DNA of 64,000 nucleotides from Octopus sinensis (Eukaryota): the NCBI RefSeq assembly GCF_006345805.1, contig NC_043002.1, positions 49,104,001 through 49,168,000 on the forward strand, in the 5' to 3' direction. Both the position numbers and the translations under genes were made by a program. This document shows, one piece after another, positions 37,906-51,520 of the stretch. The notes below the pieces were generated by a model. That model saw only the letters and a list, made by a program, of their open reading frames with translations, made no database searches and was not told the DNA's origin. Numbering within the stretch: the first letter of the stretch is position 1; each line of letters opens with the position of its first letter.

Positions 37906-39105
37906 TAATAATAATAATAATAATAAATATTTTAGACTAATAAGTATAAGTCGATTAGTGTGTTTAAATGTTGAGTTGAGCACCGGCACAGTTTAGGCTA
38001 CCTGTTGTCATCTGCAGTCGTGGTACACTTCCGTTGGATTTGCTTCAAGAACTCCGCAGTGGAAGTTAAGGTAATTAATTATATTAATTAACAGGAGATG
38101 GATTGAGTATTAAACTTTAATTGCGTACAATATTCGTTTCGATCCATCCTGCTATTGTCCTTTATGTGTGGGATTCCATTCAACATGTTGTATAACTTTG
38201 CAGTCAGGGTCTCATCAGGTACATCGATAAAGTTATGTCTCACTACAGATTTTTAGAGTCGTCTGCCTTGTTGTTATATGCTCATCAAGTTAGGGAATGA
38301 CCAAAGCAAATAAGACTACAGAAATACAAAAAAAAAAAAAAAGTTCAAATATGAACGTAGAAATCTTGCGTTCCAGTTATCGCTGTCATAACTGCTTAGA
38401 GGAAAAAGAAAGTAGACGGAGAAAAGAATGAAGAAAAAAAAAGGAAAAACAGGGAAACGAAAATTTTGTGTGTGTGTGTGGGGGTCGTGAATATGTATGG
38501 ACACACACACACACATACGCACGCACATGTGTGTTTACATGGGCATCAGCGACAATTTCTGGTACCTACTCCAGTACAAGCGTTGTTAAAAATTGAAGCT
38601 ACATGATAGAAATAGGGTACGTATAACGTGAATGCACCTTCTTTCGTCTGTATCTCATAACAATACAAGATTTACACTATTACCTCATTTGTTTTTGCAT
38701 TCATTGATATATCTTATGTATGCACAGCACGCCTTGCATTCATGCATGGAACGCTACTGTTACATATATACATACATACATGCATACATATAATAGATAT
38801 ATTGGTATTGAGAATGTGTGTGTGTGTGAGAGGGAGAGGGAGAGAGAGAGATAAAGAGAGAGAGAGAAGGAGAAAGAGAGACAGAAATCAAATAGTTAAT
38901 GTATATTTGTACACACGTGTATATGTTTATATGTGAATCCGTGATTAAATAAATATTCGAGTTAGGTCTGCCAATAATCGAGTGTGTGTGTGCGTGTGTG
39001 GTTGCAATGCCGAGAAGGTATGTACACTTCATACATACATACATACATACATGTGTAAATATATAAATATGTATATAATACTGTATTGTATATAATATAT
39101 ATATC

Positions 39106-39206
<101 letters not shown>

Positions 39207-39227
39207 TGCACATATATATATTTATAA

Positions 39228-39660
39228 AAGTAGCTGTGTGGTAAGAAGCTTGCTTCCCATCCACATAGTCTGGGTTCTGTCCCACCGTGTGGCAGCTTGG
39301 GAAAATGTCTTCTACTATAGCATCGGGCCGACCAAAGTCTTGTGAGTGGATTTGGTAGACGAAAACTGAAAGAAGCTCGTCGTATATATATCATCATCGT
39401 ATAACGCCCACTTTCCATGCTAGCATGGGTTGGACCCATATATATATATATATATATATTTGTGTGACTGCGTTTGTCCTCCCACCATCGCTTGACAACC
39501 GATGTTGGTGTGTTTATGTTCCCGTAGCTTAGTGGTTCGGCAAGAGAGAAAGAAATACTAGGCTTACAAAGAATAAGTCCTGGGGGTCGATTTGTTCGAC
39601 TAAAGGTGGTACTGCAGCATGGCCACAGTCAAATGACTGGAACAAGTAAAAGAATAAAAG
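39228..39660 (+). mobile_element. SINE family A
   Basis: Head ~39228-39385, tail ~39465-39660. Confidence 0.85.
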
Positions 39661-41914
39661 AATATGTATGTGCTTGTAGATGTGTGTGTATACATAACGG
39701 TTGTATTTATACTTACGTAAGTTTAAGTAAATTGTTAAAGCAATACATGCATTTATCTATCTATCTATCGACCTATCTGTTTATGTATCTATCAGTCATT
39801 CTGTTTGCCAGCCTGTCTGTTTGTCTATGTGTTTATCTGTCTGGCTATCTGTCTGTGTTTTTGCCTGTCTATCTGTTTGCATGCCTGCCTGTCTATTCGA
39901 GCCACACATACTTGCAGTCAGTCACAAATTAATGAGTCAGCACCAAGACAGTCCTGTCGCTAATGTCCTGGTGAGCGAGCACACACATATGAACATATGA
40001 ACATATAGGTTTCTACTGTGCAACATGGCGATACTGGCACAACAATACAGACACGTCTATGATTTTTTTTTGTTCGACATTCTAGACACGTACACTGTCA
40101 TTAATCTTGCTTTGCCAAAGCACGGTAACCATGTTTATACTAGGCTCATACTTAATATTCTACTCCTACTTTATGTGGCAATCATTTACATTCAGATATG
40201 TTAAGTAGTCCGTGTCGGCCGGCCATCTTTATTGCTCACTTTCCACACCCTGATCATACTTGTCACAGTTAAGACATAAGACATCAGTCCAATCAGTAGA
40301 GAAGAAAACAAAATACTCGATTCTGGTCTTCGAAATGGATTTCTTCAGCTTAGATAACTTGGAACAGAATAGATTTTTTTCTTCTTTTTTTGTAGTTTAA
40401 TTTCGTTTTGATTTCATTGAAACTGTAACGGCATTTGGTTGCATCAATGATTCAATGAAATTATACTCAATATCATAATTTTTTTCTGTTCTTTTCTTTT
40501 TTTCTTCCCTTTTTTTACGGGGTTGTTTCAGTAAAGAAAAGAGGAAGACTCGAAGGGTTGTATTCACTGTTTCTGAAATCTCTTCTCAAAAACAAACAAC
40601 GAAGAGCCCAAAACAGACCAAGTAAAACTTTTGCTATGTATGAATCTTGCTATTGGTGGTTGAGCAATGGCCATCTTTAACCATGACTCTCTCGTCTTAT
40701 TCTATATCATGGACTACATTGTCTAACATGATCTAGTCATAAAAAGGCTGTATGGTATTTGAGGGAAAGCTAAGTTTGTATTTCGGCGACCGCCAAAAAG
40801 ATCCATCGCTGGCCGGACAAAGAAATAATTTTGCTGTTGTGGTTCTTAAGTAGCAAGTCAGCATTGATTGTGCAAACCTTTGATCAGACATTCCAACTGT
40901 GATCGCGACATCTTTTTCTTTTCTAAGTATACTGTACCTAGAACTATATTATCTAATGAGTCCTTTGGCCAGACGGCAGGGTGTTGTTTGAGCGATATTT
41001 GGTAATTACCTCTAGCAAGAAGACCGTAGAGGTTGATTCGTATTTCAGCAAGTTAAATCTAATCATTTGCAGCTCTAGCGTCAACCTTACCTTTCGTTCC
41101 TTCTCCAGCATTGATTATCGATCAGTATTATGCAATGGACCATTCAAGAAAGAATAATTCAAGCTTCGTGAAAAGGCTACATGATTGAAAGGGAGAGCTA
41201 CTTATTAATTGATTTCACAGCATTATATTGATGGTACATATCTTACTAATTCAGAAGGAAAAATAGGTTCAACCATAGTATCGATTACCGTACCACTATG
41301 TAGTCACCCGATTTGCTAGAAATAGTGACCAAATCTCCATCAAATCACACTAATGTATTCTAAAAAGAGGATCACATTGAACAATATACTCCCAGATAAA
41401 CCACAAAGTCTAGTACTTGTTGTGGTTTAGTGGTTTGTGTGCATCAATGATCCTCAGAGCCAAGCCAACGGAGCGAGAGATCCATGTAGCGCATCCTGTG
41501 CTTCAGCTCAAAGGAAAGAGGTTAAACTAAAACCGACCAAATCCCTCCAGAGATAAAAATGTGTTTGCGTAGAGCGAACACCACTATCAAGAAAAAGCAA
41601 AGTTACAGAAGCATCGAGGGTAATTTCAAAACCAACAAGGCCTAGGAGAAGAAATGACAGCATGGAGTAAGAACAATGGAGAAAAAGTTGTCAATAGCCA
41701 AGCTCCACTGGGAGAGGAGGGCTTAAGTAAGATAAAATGTGTTTGGCAATAAATATATATATATAAAGAAAGAAAGAAAGATAGAAAGAAATAAAAAAGG
41801 AAAGTAACAAAGAAAGGATGCGATGGCTAGGACTGGAGCCTAAATTAAACAAAAACAGCAACATGTTAGAAATGGTATCCTTGCTTAGTTAGACAAGAAT
41901 CTTCGTTTATACTT

Positions 41915-42085
41915 CTTTTACTGCTTTCCGTCATTGGACTACGGCCATATTGAGCACCAACTCCAATGGATTTTGGTCAATCATATCGAGCACAATACTT
42001 ATTTCACCCTGGAGCTTATTTAATCGGGTGACGTAGCTACTTTTCAGACACTTGCGGCTTATATTTTTAGAAGCCCGTCGTGTGT
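41915..42085 (-). mobile_element. SINE family A, diverged fragment
   Basis: TACTGCTTTCCGTCATTGGACTACGGCCAT tail end. Confidence 0.55.
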
Positions 42086-42110
42086 ACACCCACATATATA
42101 CGAATATTAT

Positions 42111-42143
<33 letters not shown>

Positions 42144-42156
42144 ACACACACACACA

Positions 42157-42887
42157 CAGGTATATCTCGACTTCAGTCGTTTCGATTTAAGTCGTCCTCG
42201 ATTATACGTCGGTTTTCAAAAATAATATATGGAAAAATAAAAGTCACGTCATTTTACTCGACGTCTGTCCGCCACAAATATTGGAATCGTAAAATCATAA
42301 GAAAACCGTTAAAAGCACATAAAATCATGTTACTGTACAATAAATAAAAATAAAAGCATATAAAATCATATTAAAATACGTACAGTGTATGTTAAGATAC
42401 ACACCATAAAGTAGCTTAGTGAACGAAATCCTGAAATTACCAAGTTGTATGTACGTATTGGTAAATTTAAAAGAATTTAGTTCCTTTTACTATTACGAAA
42501 TAATAATAATTACTGAATTTGTTTTTCAAGCTTAGAAAGGGCTTTTATTTTACCATGTCTTACTGTAAACCGCATTCATAAATAAAGTGTCCACGATTCC
42601 CGGTAAACACTGCCAAATTGTTTCCGCAAATTTAGGTAAATTAATTTTTTTTTTGCTGTACTGTATTAAAAAGTAAAAAAAGAAACTATTTGTAAGCAAA
42701 AAATAGGTTTTTATTAACCATGTACTATTGAAAATGTATTCATAAATAAAGTACAGGGTTGGGAATGGTTATTATCGGTTTAGATTAGAGACAAGTAAAT
42801 TCGGCCTAGCCTAACCTAGAGACAAGTTAATCCAACTTAAATCGTGTCTCCTGAAACCAATTAACGACGTAGAGTGAGTTAGGCCTG
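42157..42887. mobile_element. Tigger/pogo-like non-autonomous DNA transposon
   Basis: Imperfect TIRs CAGGTATATCTCGACTTCAGTCGTT / AACGACGTAGAGTGAGTTAGGCCTG, followed by TA on the right; AT-rich interior. Confidence 0.5.
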
Positions 42888-43036
42888 TATATATAATATG
42901 TGAGATTTTGGTATCCAGAAGATCCAAAAAGCATGAAAGTGCTATGGAAGGACCGCTGTTAGACTTTCGGCTCAATAACAGTATGAGTGAAGAATCTGAT
43001 GTGGGTCGTGTGTGAGCGTGTATACACGGAAACACA

Positions 43037-43072
<36 letters not shown>

Positions 43073-43076
<4 letters not shown>

Positions 43077-43428
43077 CAATGCATCCCGGCGTTGCTCGGG
43101 TATTATGACATATAGGCATATCGTATTATTTGTTCCTCTCTTGGGGGCAGAATCGGCACAGCTGATATATAGTGAACTGGATTACTGGCGTAATGGATGT
43201 TATTGTTTGTCTAAATGTGAAGAGGAGACGGTACATGAAAAGGCTTTCTGTTTTTAAGAAGGATCACAAACTATGTACTGTTTCATCGTATAAAAGGGGG
43301 TTAACGCGATTTTGCCCAGAAATCACGTTTTCAAAATTTCCCCCACACCGTCCCAACCGCAATTTCTCAATTTGTCACTTTTACAAATTTTTTTTTTGCG
43401 TAGAAAAATTCAGAGATTACGAAGCTGG

Positions 43429-43511
<83 letters not shown>

Positions 43512-43598
43512 AAAATTAGAAAAATCAGATTTTTATATATGCTAGGCTACTGGTTTTAAATTGATATTAATTAAATTAATATTCAATTAATCTCCCTC

Positions 43599-43647
<49 letters not shown>

Positions 43648-44819
43648 TAAAGTTTAATTTTTCATAAAAAAGCACTCAATGCTTTTTCCTCCACGTCGCC
43701 CACCCTTCACCTACCCGCTTTCAAAAGGTTAAAATAATCCAATGCTTCACTTTCGTCTGATGTTTCACGCATACGTAGAATTGTACTGAAACAGCAGACG
43801 TAAAAATACCAGACCACCACCAGAAAACCCAACATGCTAGAAACAACAGATAAACATTATTTCTGAAGAAACCTCCCCGCTTTCCAAAAAAGCTAAAAGT
43901 GAAACATTGGGAATTTGTAGCATTTTGAAAGTGTTGAGGTGATGGGTGATGTTTGGGAAGGGGGTTTTAGTGTTCCTTTAAGAAAACAGGAAGAAGAAAA
44001 ATTTTAAAGTTTCGTACTCTGTTTTTTCTCCGTGGCTTACCAAGAAAACAATACGGAAAAAAGTTAAAAAATGACGAGATTTTGGTGGGGAGGGAGAAAA
44101 TTAAAATATTATTTTGGGGGAGAAATCCTAATTTCCTGTATCGAAAACATAGGAATCAGAAGAAATTTAGGAGAAAATAACGGGTGAGGCGCAAATGTCA
44201 CCTTGGACATGCTAGAAACAACATGTAAATGAAGGATTTCTGGGAAAACCTCCTTTTAAGTTTATACCGAAGATCAGGTTTTTAAATATGCTTATCACAA
44301 ACACAAATTACAGAATAGAAAAAGGTTATTTCACTCGGATTTGAGCTGTAATTTTGCGCACGCACACAACAAAAAATAACACAATTTGTACAGAAGTTTT
44401 TACCCAGAGCGCACGCACGTGTGTACGCTTGCGAGCGCGCGCGTGTGTGTGAGTAGTGTGCCGAAAGCATTCGTTCGTTTGAAGCAGCAAAGTTGTCAAC
44501 TCGATCATATGGGATCATATCATTGTTCGTTAATTTCTGTAAAAAAGATTCATTTCTTTATGCTTTGAAGAGGTGACATTGGAAGAGAGGAGAAAGTGAA
44601 AAGGTGACATTTGCTTTGAAGTTAGAACAGAAAGTGCAAGAGAAGAGAAAGTGAAGGTTGTATGTGCGTGTATATGAAATGGAGAAATGGACGTGTGTGT
44701 GTGTTTGTGTGTGTGCGCGCGTTTGTAAGTGTGCATGAGAGAGTGAGAGAGTGAGAGAGAAAGTGGAAGTGTATGTCATGTATGTATTTTTGCATGTATG
44801 TGTAAGTGGCACTCACTCG

Positions 44820-44853
<34 letters not shown>

Positions 44854-45279
44854 TTATATTTCATATACACGTACATAAATATATATATATGCATACATCT
44901 TTTTTGTATGTATGTTTGCGTGTACATGTGAGAGATAGATAGAGAGATAGAGAGTGAGGGAGTGAGTGACTGCATTTCCTCATAACATCTAAAGAAATGG
45001 ACGTCTTTTCATGAAATTGTTGTTGGTTGTGGCTTATTTTAATACAATATTTATGTGTGCATTTTCATAAATGTCTGAGTAAAATTCTGCGCATGCGTGA
45101 AACATCAGACGAAAGTGAAACATTAGAAGCAAATCGAAATATTGTCCGAAAATGACCGCAAAATTATGTGACCCGACCTCGTTTTCGAGGTTATTTTCAT
45201 GGTAAAAAAAAGAGTTGTGCCAAAAACATAGTTTATTTGTTAGATAGTTGATTAGCAGCTTTCTTTATTATAGTACAGA
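43073..45279 (-). mobile_element. Helitron-like element(s), possibly composite
   Basis: Minus-strand 5' end A|TCTGTACTATAATAAAG (45279); 3' end hairpin CCCGAGCAACGCCGGG + spacer + CTAG|T (43073). Confidence 0.6.
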
Positions 45280-45595
45280 TGTGACTAATTCGGAGAAACA
45301 CTACTTTCATTATTCACACATCATCACGTTCGTAATGCAAAACTTTATAATTTTAGGTTAAATGGAAAGTGGGAAACTATTCCACTCTCTAATGAAACCT
45401 TGTCGTTGTAGAGCAGTGTATTTAAAATAATTATTGCTGGCTGTTGAGAAAATATTGAATATATGTAAATGAAAATAAAGTTTATTTGGTAGCTGAAAGA
45501 TTAAGGAATCTTTTGATATCCCATACATCAAAATCAGCAACTCAGTTTTCGAACATGCACACACAAGCACATACATACAAACTCACTGTTATATA

Positions 45596-45628
<33 letters not shown>

Positions 45629-46677
45629 ATAATATATATATATATTGATAGATAGACAGATAGATAGTATGTATGTGTGTATGCATGTATGTATGCATAC
45701 ATACATACACGATAGGAATTGATTAAGTGTCCGTGATAATTGAGCTCAATTCGATCTACTCAGTAACGCATTAATTATCGACGTGCAGAAGATACAAGAA
45801 ATTATATTTTGACGTGCTCCAGCTTTTTATAACAAAATAGGAAGAAACTTGATTTAAAACAGTAAATTTTCTTATAAATATACATAAGTGATTAAATGTA
45901 AAAATTTCCAGACATTACAATCGCTTGTATGCAATAATTTTGTTTATGGGTAAAGAATCAAGTTTAAAGCTCACACATGTTTTCAATTTCATCGTTTTTG
46001 TTTTTCAGTTAGAGTGTAGTATCTGAAGCGTCAAGAATTATCAATAAAATGTTATATGGTTAATAGTTAGCATTGAATCTTATGAAGAAACCATTAATAT
46101 ATTATGGTCTCAAAGGTATCTTCAGGCATGGATACACTGGGCAATTGCTCGGGGATATCATGACTCTAGGGCACCAGTTCTAAACTACGTATGCTTTACT
46201 TTGTTGTCAGTCAATAAATACTATAGGACCCCGCGTATTGGTCTAGCCAGGTCCTTATGGTACTACTGAGACGTTCTGGTTGAAGGTGATCAACATAGAG
46301 CTCCTGAGAAACGAAGATTGTGACAAATTTTCAATCCAAATTTAAATTGATTTCTTTCCTTGTCTTTTGCCAATACCATTAAGGAGGGAAAGAACCTCGA
46401 AGTTTATACAATTTTGTTTTTCGTACCTCTGACAAGAAGAAACTAAGTAAAAAAAGAAAGAAAGAAACGATTCAATCGACTGGTCCCTTTCTCACCAACA
46501 ATTGATCACGTGAGTGATTTAAGAAATCTTTATTTTAAGCTATTCCAGTGCTTGCTCATCAGTTTGAATGAAATAATGTATATAGCTTGACAGCAATAGT
46601 AGTTTAGTTGTCAGCCAGTGTATTACATTTCAAATAACGCAACTATTCGTCTCACTTTTACTAAAGTTACACAGAGG

Positions 46678-46713
<36 letters not shown>

Positions 46714-48094
46714 AGAAGAGAGAAAGAGAGAGAGAATGGCTACAGACTTAAAGTAATGGTTTGCTGTAATATTGCCATCATTAAAATATCCACACTCGAT
46801 GTTATGTATCACCATAATCGTCGTTATCATCATCATCATCTTATCAACAATGTCGTTAGTGTGTTTCTCAATTACTCTCTTTACTGTAGTTACGTTGAAG
46901 TAAAAGCTGAATCATAAAGTCATCTCCACGCGTAATCAACATCTGCAAAAGGGCTAAGACGCAGCTGGTACTTCGATGCTGAACTAGAAGAATAAAAGAG
47001 AAAGAAACCCGTGGGTATATTTGACGGGTTGCTCTCTGAAAACACAATGTTGACAGAACACCCTCCACCTGGGGATCTGAAAGCAATCACGTTCTGCATT
47101 GTAAAACTTACGCAGAGATCCTGCATTTCAGTTTTAAACAAAATAGATTCTAGATCCTATTACATAAATTTTGCAAAAGATTGGTAGATACCACAACTTC
47201 TTTGACAAAGTCACTGAAGTCTTGTTTTCAATTCGTTTCAACACTCGTATTTTAACAATGGCGTCACATAAAAACAGAGTAGATTCGAGATTATGACAAG
47301 CCCAGATAAACATACAGCATTATTTAGAGACGTTATAAATGCGAAATATAAAAATACCCGCCGCGCTAAGCCTTCCGTAGAAAATCTATTTAGAAAATAC
47401 TCACTTTGCTCAGTGAAGAGAATGGTGAATTTATTTGATGCCTTGATCGAATTTGAGAGAATATGCTGTACAAATGCTTGAATTTATTGTCTTTCAGGAA
47501 TTACAGAAGACTGTATAGAATATAATTTCCTTTTTAATTTCGGGTCAGTTGTGAAGTCGTACTGTAAACTCGGTGTCTTAAATAAATAGATTCACTACAT
47601 TCGTTGGTAATGTTTTTCTTATTAGTATTCGGAGGGGTAAAAATAACACAATTCTTGATATTCGGTGTAAAATATGTGATTATATTATTTATGGTAATTG
47701 TTTACGTTGGCACAAATATCCTCAGAATTATATAGAAACTGAATTGAAACTGTTTGGCAACTGAATTAAGCATCGTCAGGTAGGAGTAGGAGTAAACACC
47801 TAGAGAACGAAATTTACGAACCAGTTTCACTTCTCCCTCAACGCTTTCAAATTTCTGTTGCATCGGTAATAAGAACTTTGCAAATAGCATTTATGCTACA
47901 ATTTTCTATATATTCCTTTGCTAAAAATAGCGATCTTGTTAGCATTATAAACAGTTGCTGAGTGTTGATGTCCACTCAGACAGAGGTGATAGTGACAAAA
48001 ACTGAATGTGCTTCAGCAGGAAATTGAAATTACCACGCTAGTTCGATATCTTACTATTTTCGGTTCAAATCTAGTTAGAGTTAGTCAACTTTAG

Positions 48095-48924
48095 GATCTT
48101 TGTGGTTTTCGTCACTGTTTACAATTATCCTTAAAAAATATTTTCTAATGTATTATATTGATGTAATATTTGATGCTGAATCCGAATTTGTTATTCATTT
48201 ATTCCTGAAAAATTTTGCAAAAATGTTACAGGTGTTCGAAGTTTGACAATTTTCAGAATTTTCAGTCAATCAGTAAACAGCGCGTTCTCTGCTTCTTCCA
48301 TCATCTGTCATAGTAGTGAGTGAGAAAGGAGGCTGGGTGTGGGCACCGGCATGTCAATACATTAAACTAGCTACAGTAAACGGTGAACAACTTTGAAAGA
48401 TTCGCGAGCAAATTAAATATTTAAAAGCTACTAGCAAACCAACAGGAGTTGCTAGAAATAACAGTCAAAACATTGCTTAAAACAGACATTTATTAGTTAA
48501 AAAATTCAAAACCGAAAGTTTCTATTACACTCTAGGATATTATAAAATAAATTATCTTTTTCATCTTCTCCACATAAATTCACAAAGAGTCAACCGGCGT
48601 TTGTTTCCACGCTTTAAAGATGCCCAGCTACTCTCAATTTGGTGATTACACACAATTTGGTGATTATACTCCTTATTCGCATGCGCAGCATCTTTGGTTG
48701 CTATGGAAACAGAGTTTTGCGCCATGGTGACGTGTAAAATACTCGCTTCTGATTGGGTAAAATACCTAAATTTTGCAAATTTGAAAGGCTAATAACGTTT
48801 TAATTATGGATTTACAGGAAAAATAAATTTCATTTTCATAATTAGTATACAAAACTTAATCCATATACCAAATTTGAAAACAATTGGAACAAAATTGTAA
48901 ACAGTGAGGAAAACCACAAAGATC
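48095..48924. mobile_element. 830-bp non-autonomous TIR element (MITE-like), 32-bp TIRs
   Basis: GATCTTTGTGGTTTTC(G/C)TCACTGTTTACAATT at 48095-48126 and its reverse complement at 48893-48924 (31/32 identical); no clear TSD. Confidence 0.8.
48678..48756. promoter_or_regulatory. Cluster of promoter-type motifs inside the TIR element
   Basis: CGCATGCGCA (NRF1-like, 48678-87), GTTGCTATGGAAAC (RFX X-box-like, 48697-710), TGACGT (CRE/ATF-like, 48728-33), GATTGG (reverse CCAAT, 48751-56). Confidence 0.4.
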
Positions 48925-49559
48925 ATGGATAAATAAAAAATATCTTAAATGGTCTCTTTATTTTCCCTTACACATAAATCAATGAAGATTAAATAAAGGA
49001 AATAATAATAATTTTTTTCATATAGATACTCACAAATATGATTCGATTAAAGTCAAAAATATATAAACGATCAATATCGTTACGAAGAAAATTTAGCCAG
49101 ATCACGTTTTCCAAAATTTTTAAGCAGAAAATACTTTCGAAACGATTCGTGGATTTCAAGACTGTGTGATAGGCAGGAATTACATAAAAGATATTTTTCT
49201 ACCAGCAAAAATTCTCATCCAGATTTACATGAACCACTGAAGGAGCTTCAACTTGATTGCATGACTTGCTCGAAAAAAGAACCAAATCTCCTTCAAATTA
49301 CAGCTTAGAAAGCAAGGAATACGCTAGTTTATGTAGTCTAATCGTTGGAAGACTGTGGGATGATTATAGCAGGAACATTGAAGTGACAATATATATATAT
49401 ATATGTACATACAAATGTTAGTTTTTATGTCAAGTTATGATAAAAAGGATTTGATATTAAACTGAAGAATTACGCAATACATATATATCATTCATTTTCA
49501 AGAACGGTGACAGTGACCTCAACGTTTCAGCCAGCTTGACACCGTCGAATTGTTTATAT

Positions 49560-50095
49560 ACATACATGGTGGCTGCCCCCTCGTTATCGAGTATGGCCAT
49601 TGCACGAAGCTTAATCAATGTTGTTTTCGTGCAATGCCTGTGGAAGAAGATTTTTTTTAAAGTGAGGAAAGGCTGTGCACTGAGTCAATCCCACTCACTA
49701 AGCAACAGCAGTCATAATCCGAAAAGAAGAACAAGTCAACATCATCGGTAACCACTGAACCACATGTTTTATGTCAGAGTTATCCTAGTTACCTGAGTTA
49801 CCTTCTCCTAGAAGGATGCCCTAACAAATGCTAGGAGTCCTTCACTCCTAATGGTTTAACCGCGCGATCGGGTATTCAGTCCGATTATTTCTATGTCCCC
49901 GGCCTTATTGGATGGCCGTTGACTCTCAAGAGTTCCTCCGCCCTTTGATGGGTTTTGTTTTTCATCCCGCAGGGTGTCCAATAAACACCCTCCTCACCAA
50001 GCAAGCTTGGTGGGGTTGCCGGTTTAGTCGCCGATGACCCGACTATGCAACAGGTTGTACTGGGTTACATGTTACCAGTAGCACTCGAAAGTGAC
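49560..50095 (-). mobile_element. RTE-like LINE 5' UTR-type fragment
   Basis: GC-richer island with ...CCACCAAGCTTG...CTAGGAGAAGGTAACTC...TGCACAGCCTTTCCTC, recalled as an RTE 5' UTR pattern; no ORF. Confidence 0.4.
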
Positions 50096-50721
50096 CTGAC
50101 ATACATACATACATACATACATACATACATACATACATACATACATACATACATACATACATAAATACATACATACATACATACATATGTATATGTATAA
50201 ATATATATGGAAAGATGTAAAGCAGGGAACACGCCAAACAAATAGGACATGGATAAGTAAAGATTGAAAAGTAGGAGGAGGTATATAAATCTTTCATCAT
50301 TTCATTACCAAATTCAGTTAATAGCAAATTCAGGAGGTCTGAGCACTGAATTGCTAGCTTCACTGGACCAATTGAGTCAAAGAAAGATTCTACAAGGGAA
50401 AGGAGTAATAAAGACAGGGAAAATGGACACTCCAAAGCTAGATAACAACGTAAGTAAAAAAATTAAGATAAAAGGACTAAGCAGGACATTATCTCATATA
50501 CTTAACAAAATTTCAAATCTATCTATCTATCTAACTGTGTGCGTGTGAGTGTACACATTATATATATATATATATAATACACGCATACATATATACATTG
50601 CTTCTAATTTTTCTTTTCATTATTCATATATTGTCCAGTATCCACACAAAGACTTCATTTGTATATACATGTACAAACGCGTATACAAAGATACATATAT
50701 GTATGTATATAAGTATGCATA

Positions 50722-50920
50722 TAAGGCAGTGAGCTTCAGAATCGTTAGCACGAAGGGCAAAATGCTTAGCGGCATTTCGTTTGTCTTTATGTTCCGAGTT
50801 CAAATATTTCGGAAGTCGACGTTACCTTTCATCCTTACAGCATCGATAAAATAAATACCAGTTGAGCAATGATAGCAATATACCCCTTTCTCAACATGTT
50901 GGTCCAAATTAAAATTCAAT
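50722..50920 (+). mobile_element. SINE family B, diverged
   Basis: GGCAGTGAGCTTCAGAATCGTTAGCACG...GAGTTCAAAT...CCTTTCATCC. Confidence 0.75.
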
Positions 50921-50951
50921 CTATGAATGCGTGTGTGTATGTGTGTGTGTG

Positions 50952-51013
<62 letters not shown>

Positions 51014-51329
51014 GTGTTATATATACATTCCTCTGCGTGTGTGCGCGTGCGTGTCTGTGCATGTGCGTGTGTGTATGTGCGTGTGTGCATGTACGTATAG
51101 TTGTGAGTACGTGTGTGCGTGTATGTGTACGTGTGTGCGTGTACTCGTAAACACACGCACACTCGCATACACGGACGCACATACACATGCAAACACACAC
51201 ATATTCATACTCACCCGCAGATAGATAGACGGATAGATAGATAGCTAGATACAAATATGCATATATACATACAGATAAATGGATATACATACATACATAC
51301 ATACATACATACATACATACATACATACA

Positions 51330-51362
<33 letters not shown>

Positions 51363-51442
51363 TCTGTAGTGAATTTGAAACTGAATATATAATATATATA
51401 TATATATATAAAATATAATATAATATAATATATATATATGCA

Positions 51443-51520
<78 letters not shown>

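Noticed and set aside
42900-43020. Open stretch between the two DNA transposons with possible AG/GT boundaries
   Set aside because: Splice signals are weak and there is no homology; indistinguishable from background.
46920-47141. 73-aa non-repetitive ORF (minus strand)
   Set aside because: No recognisable domain or convincing splice sites; ORFs of this length are expected by chance.
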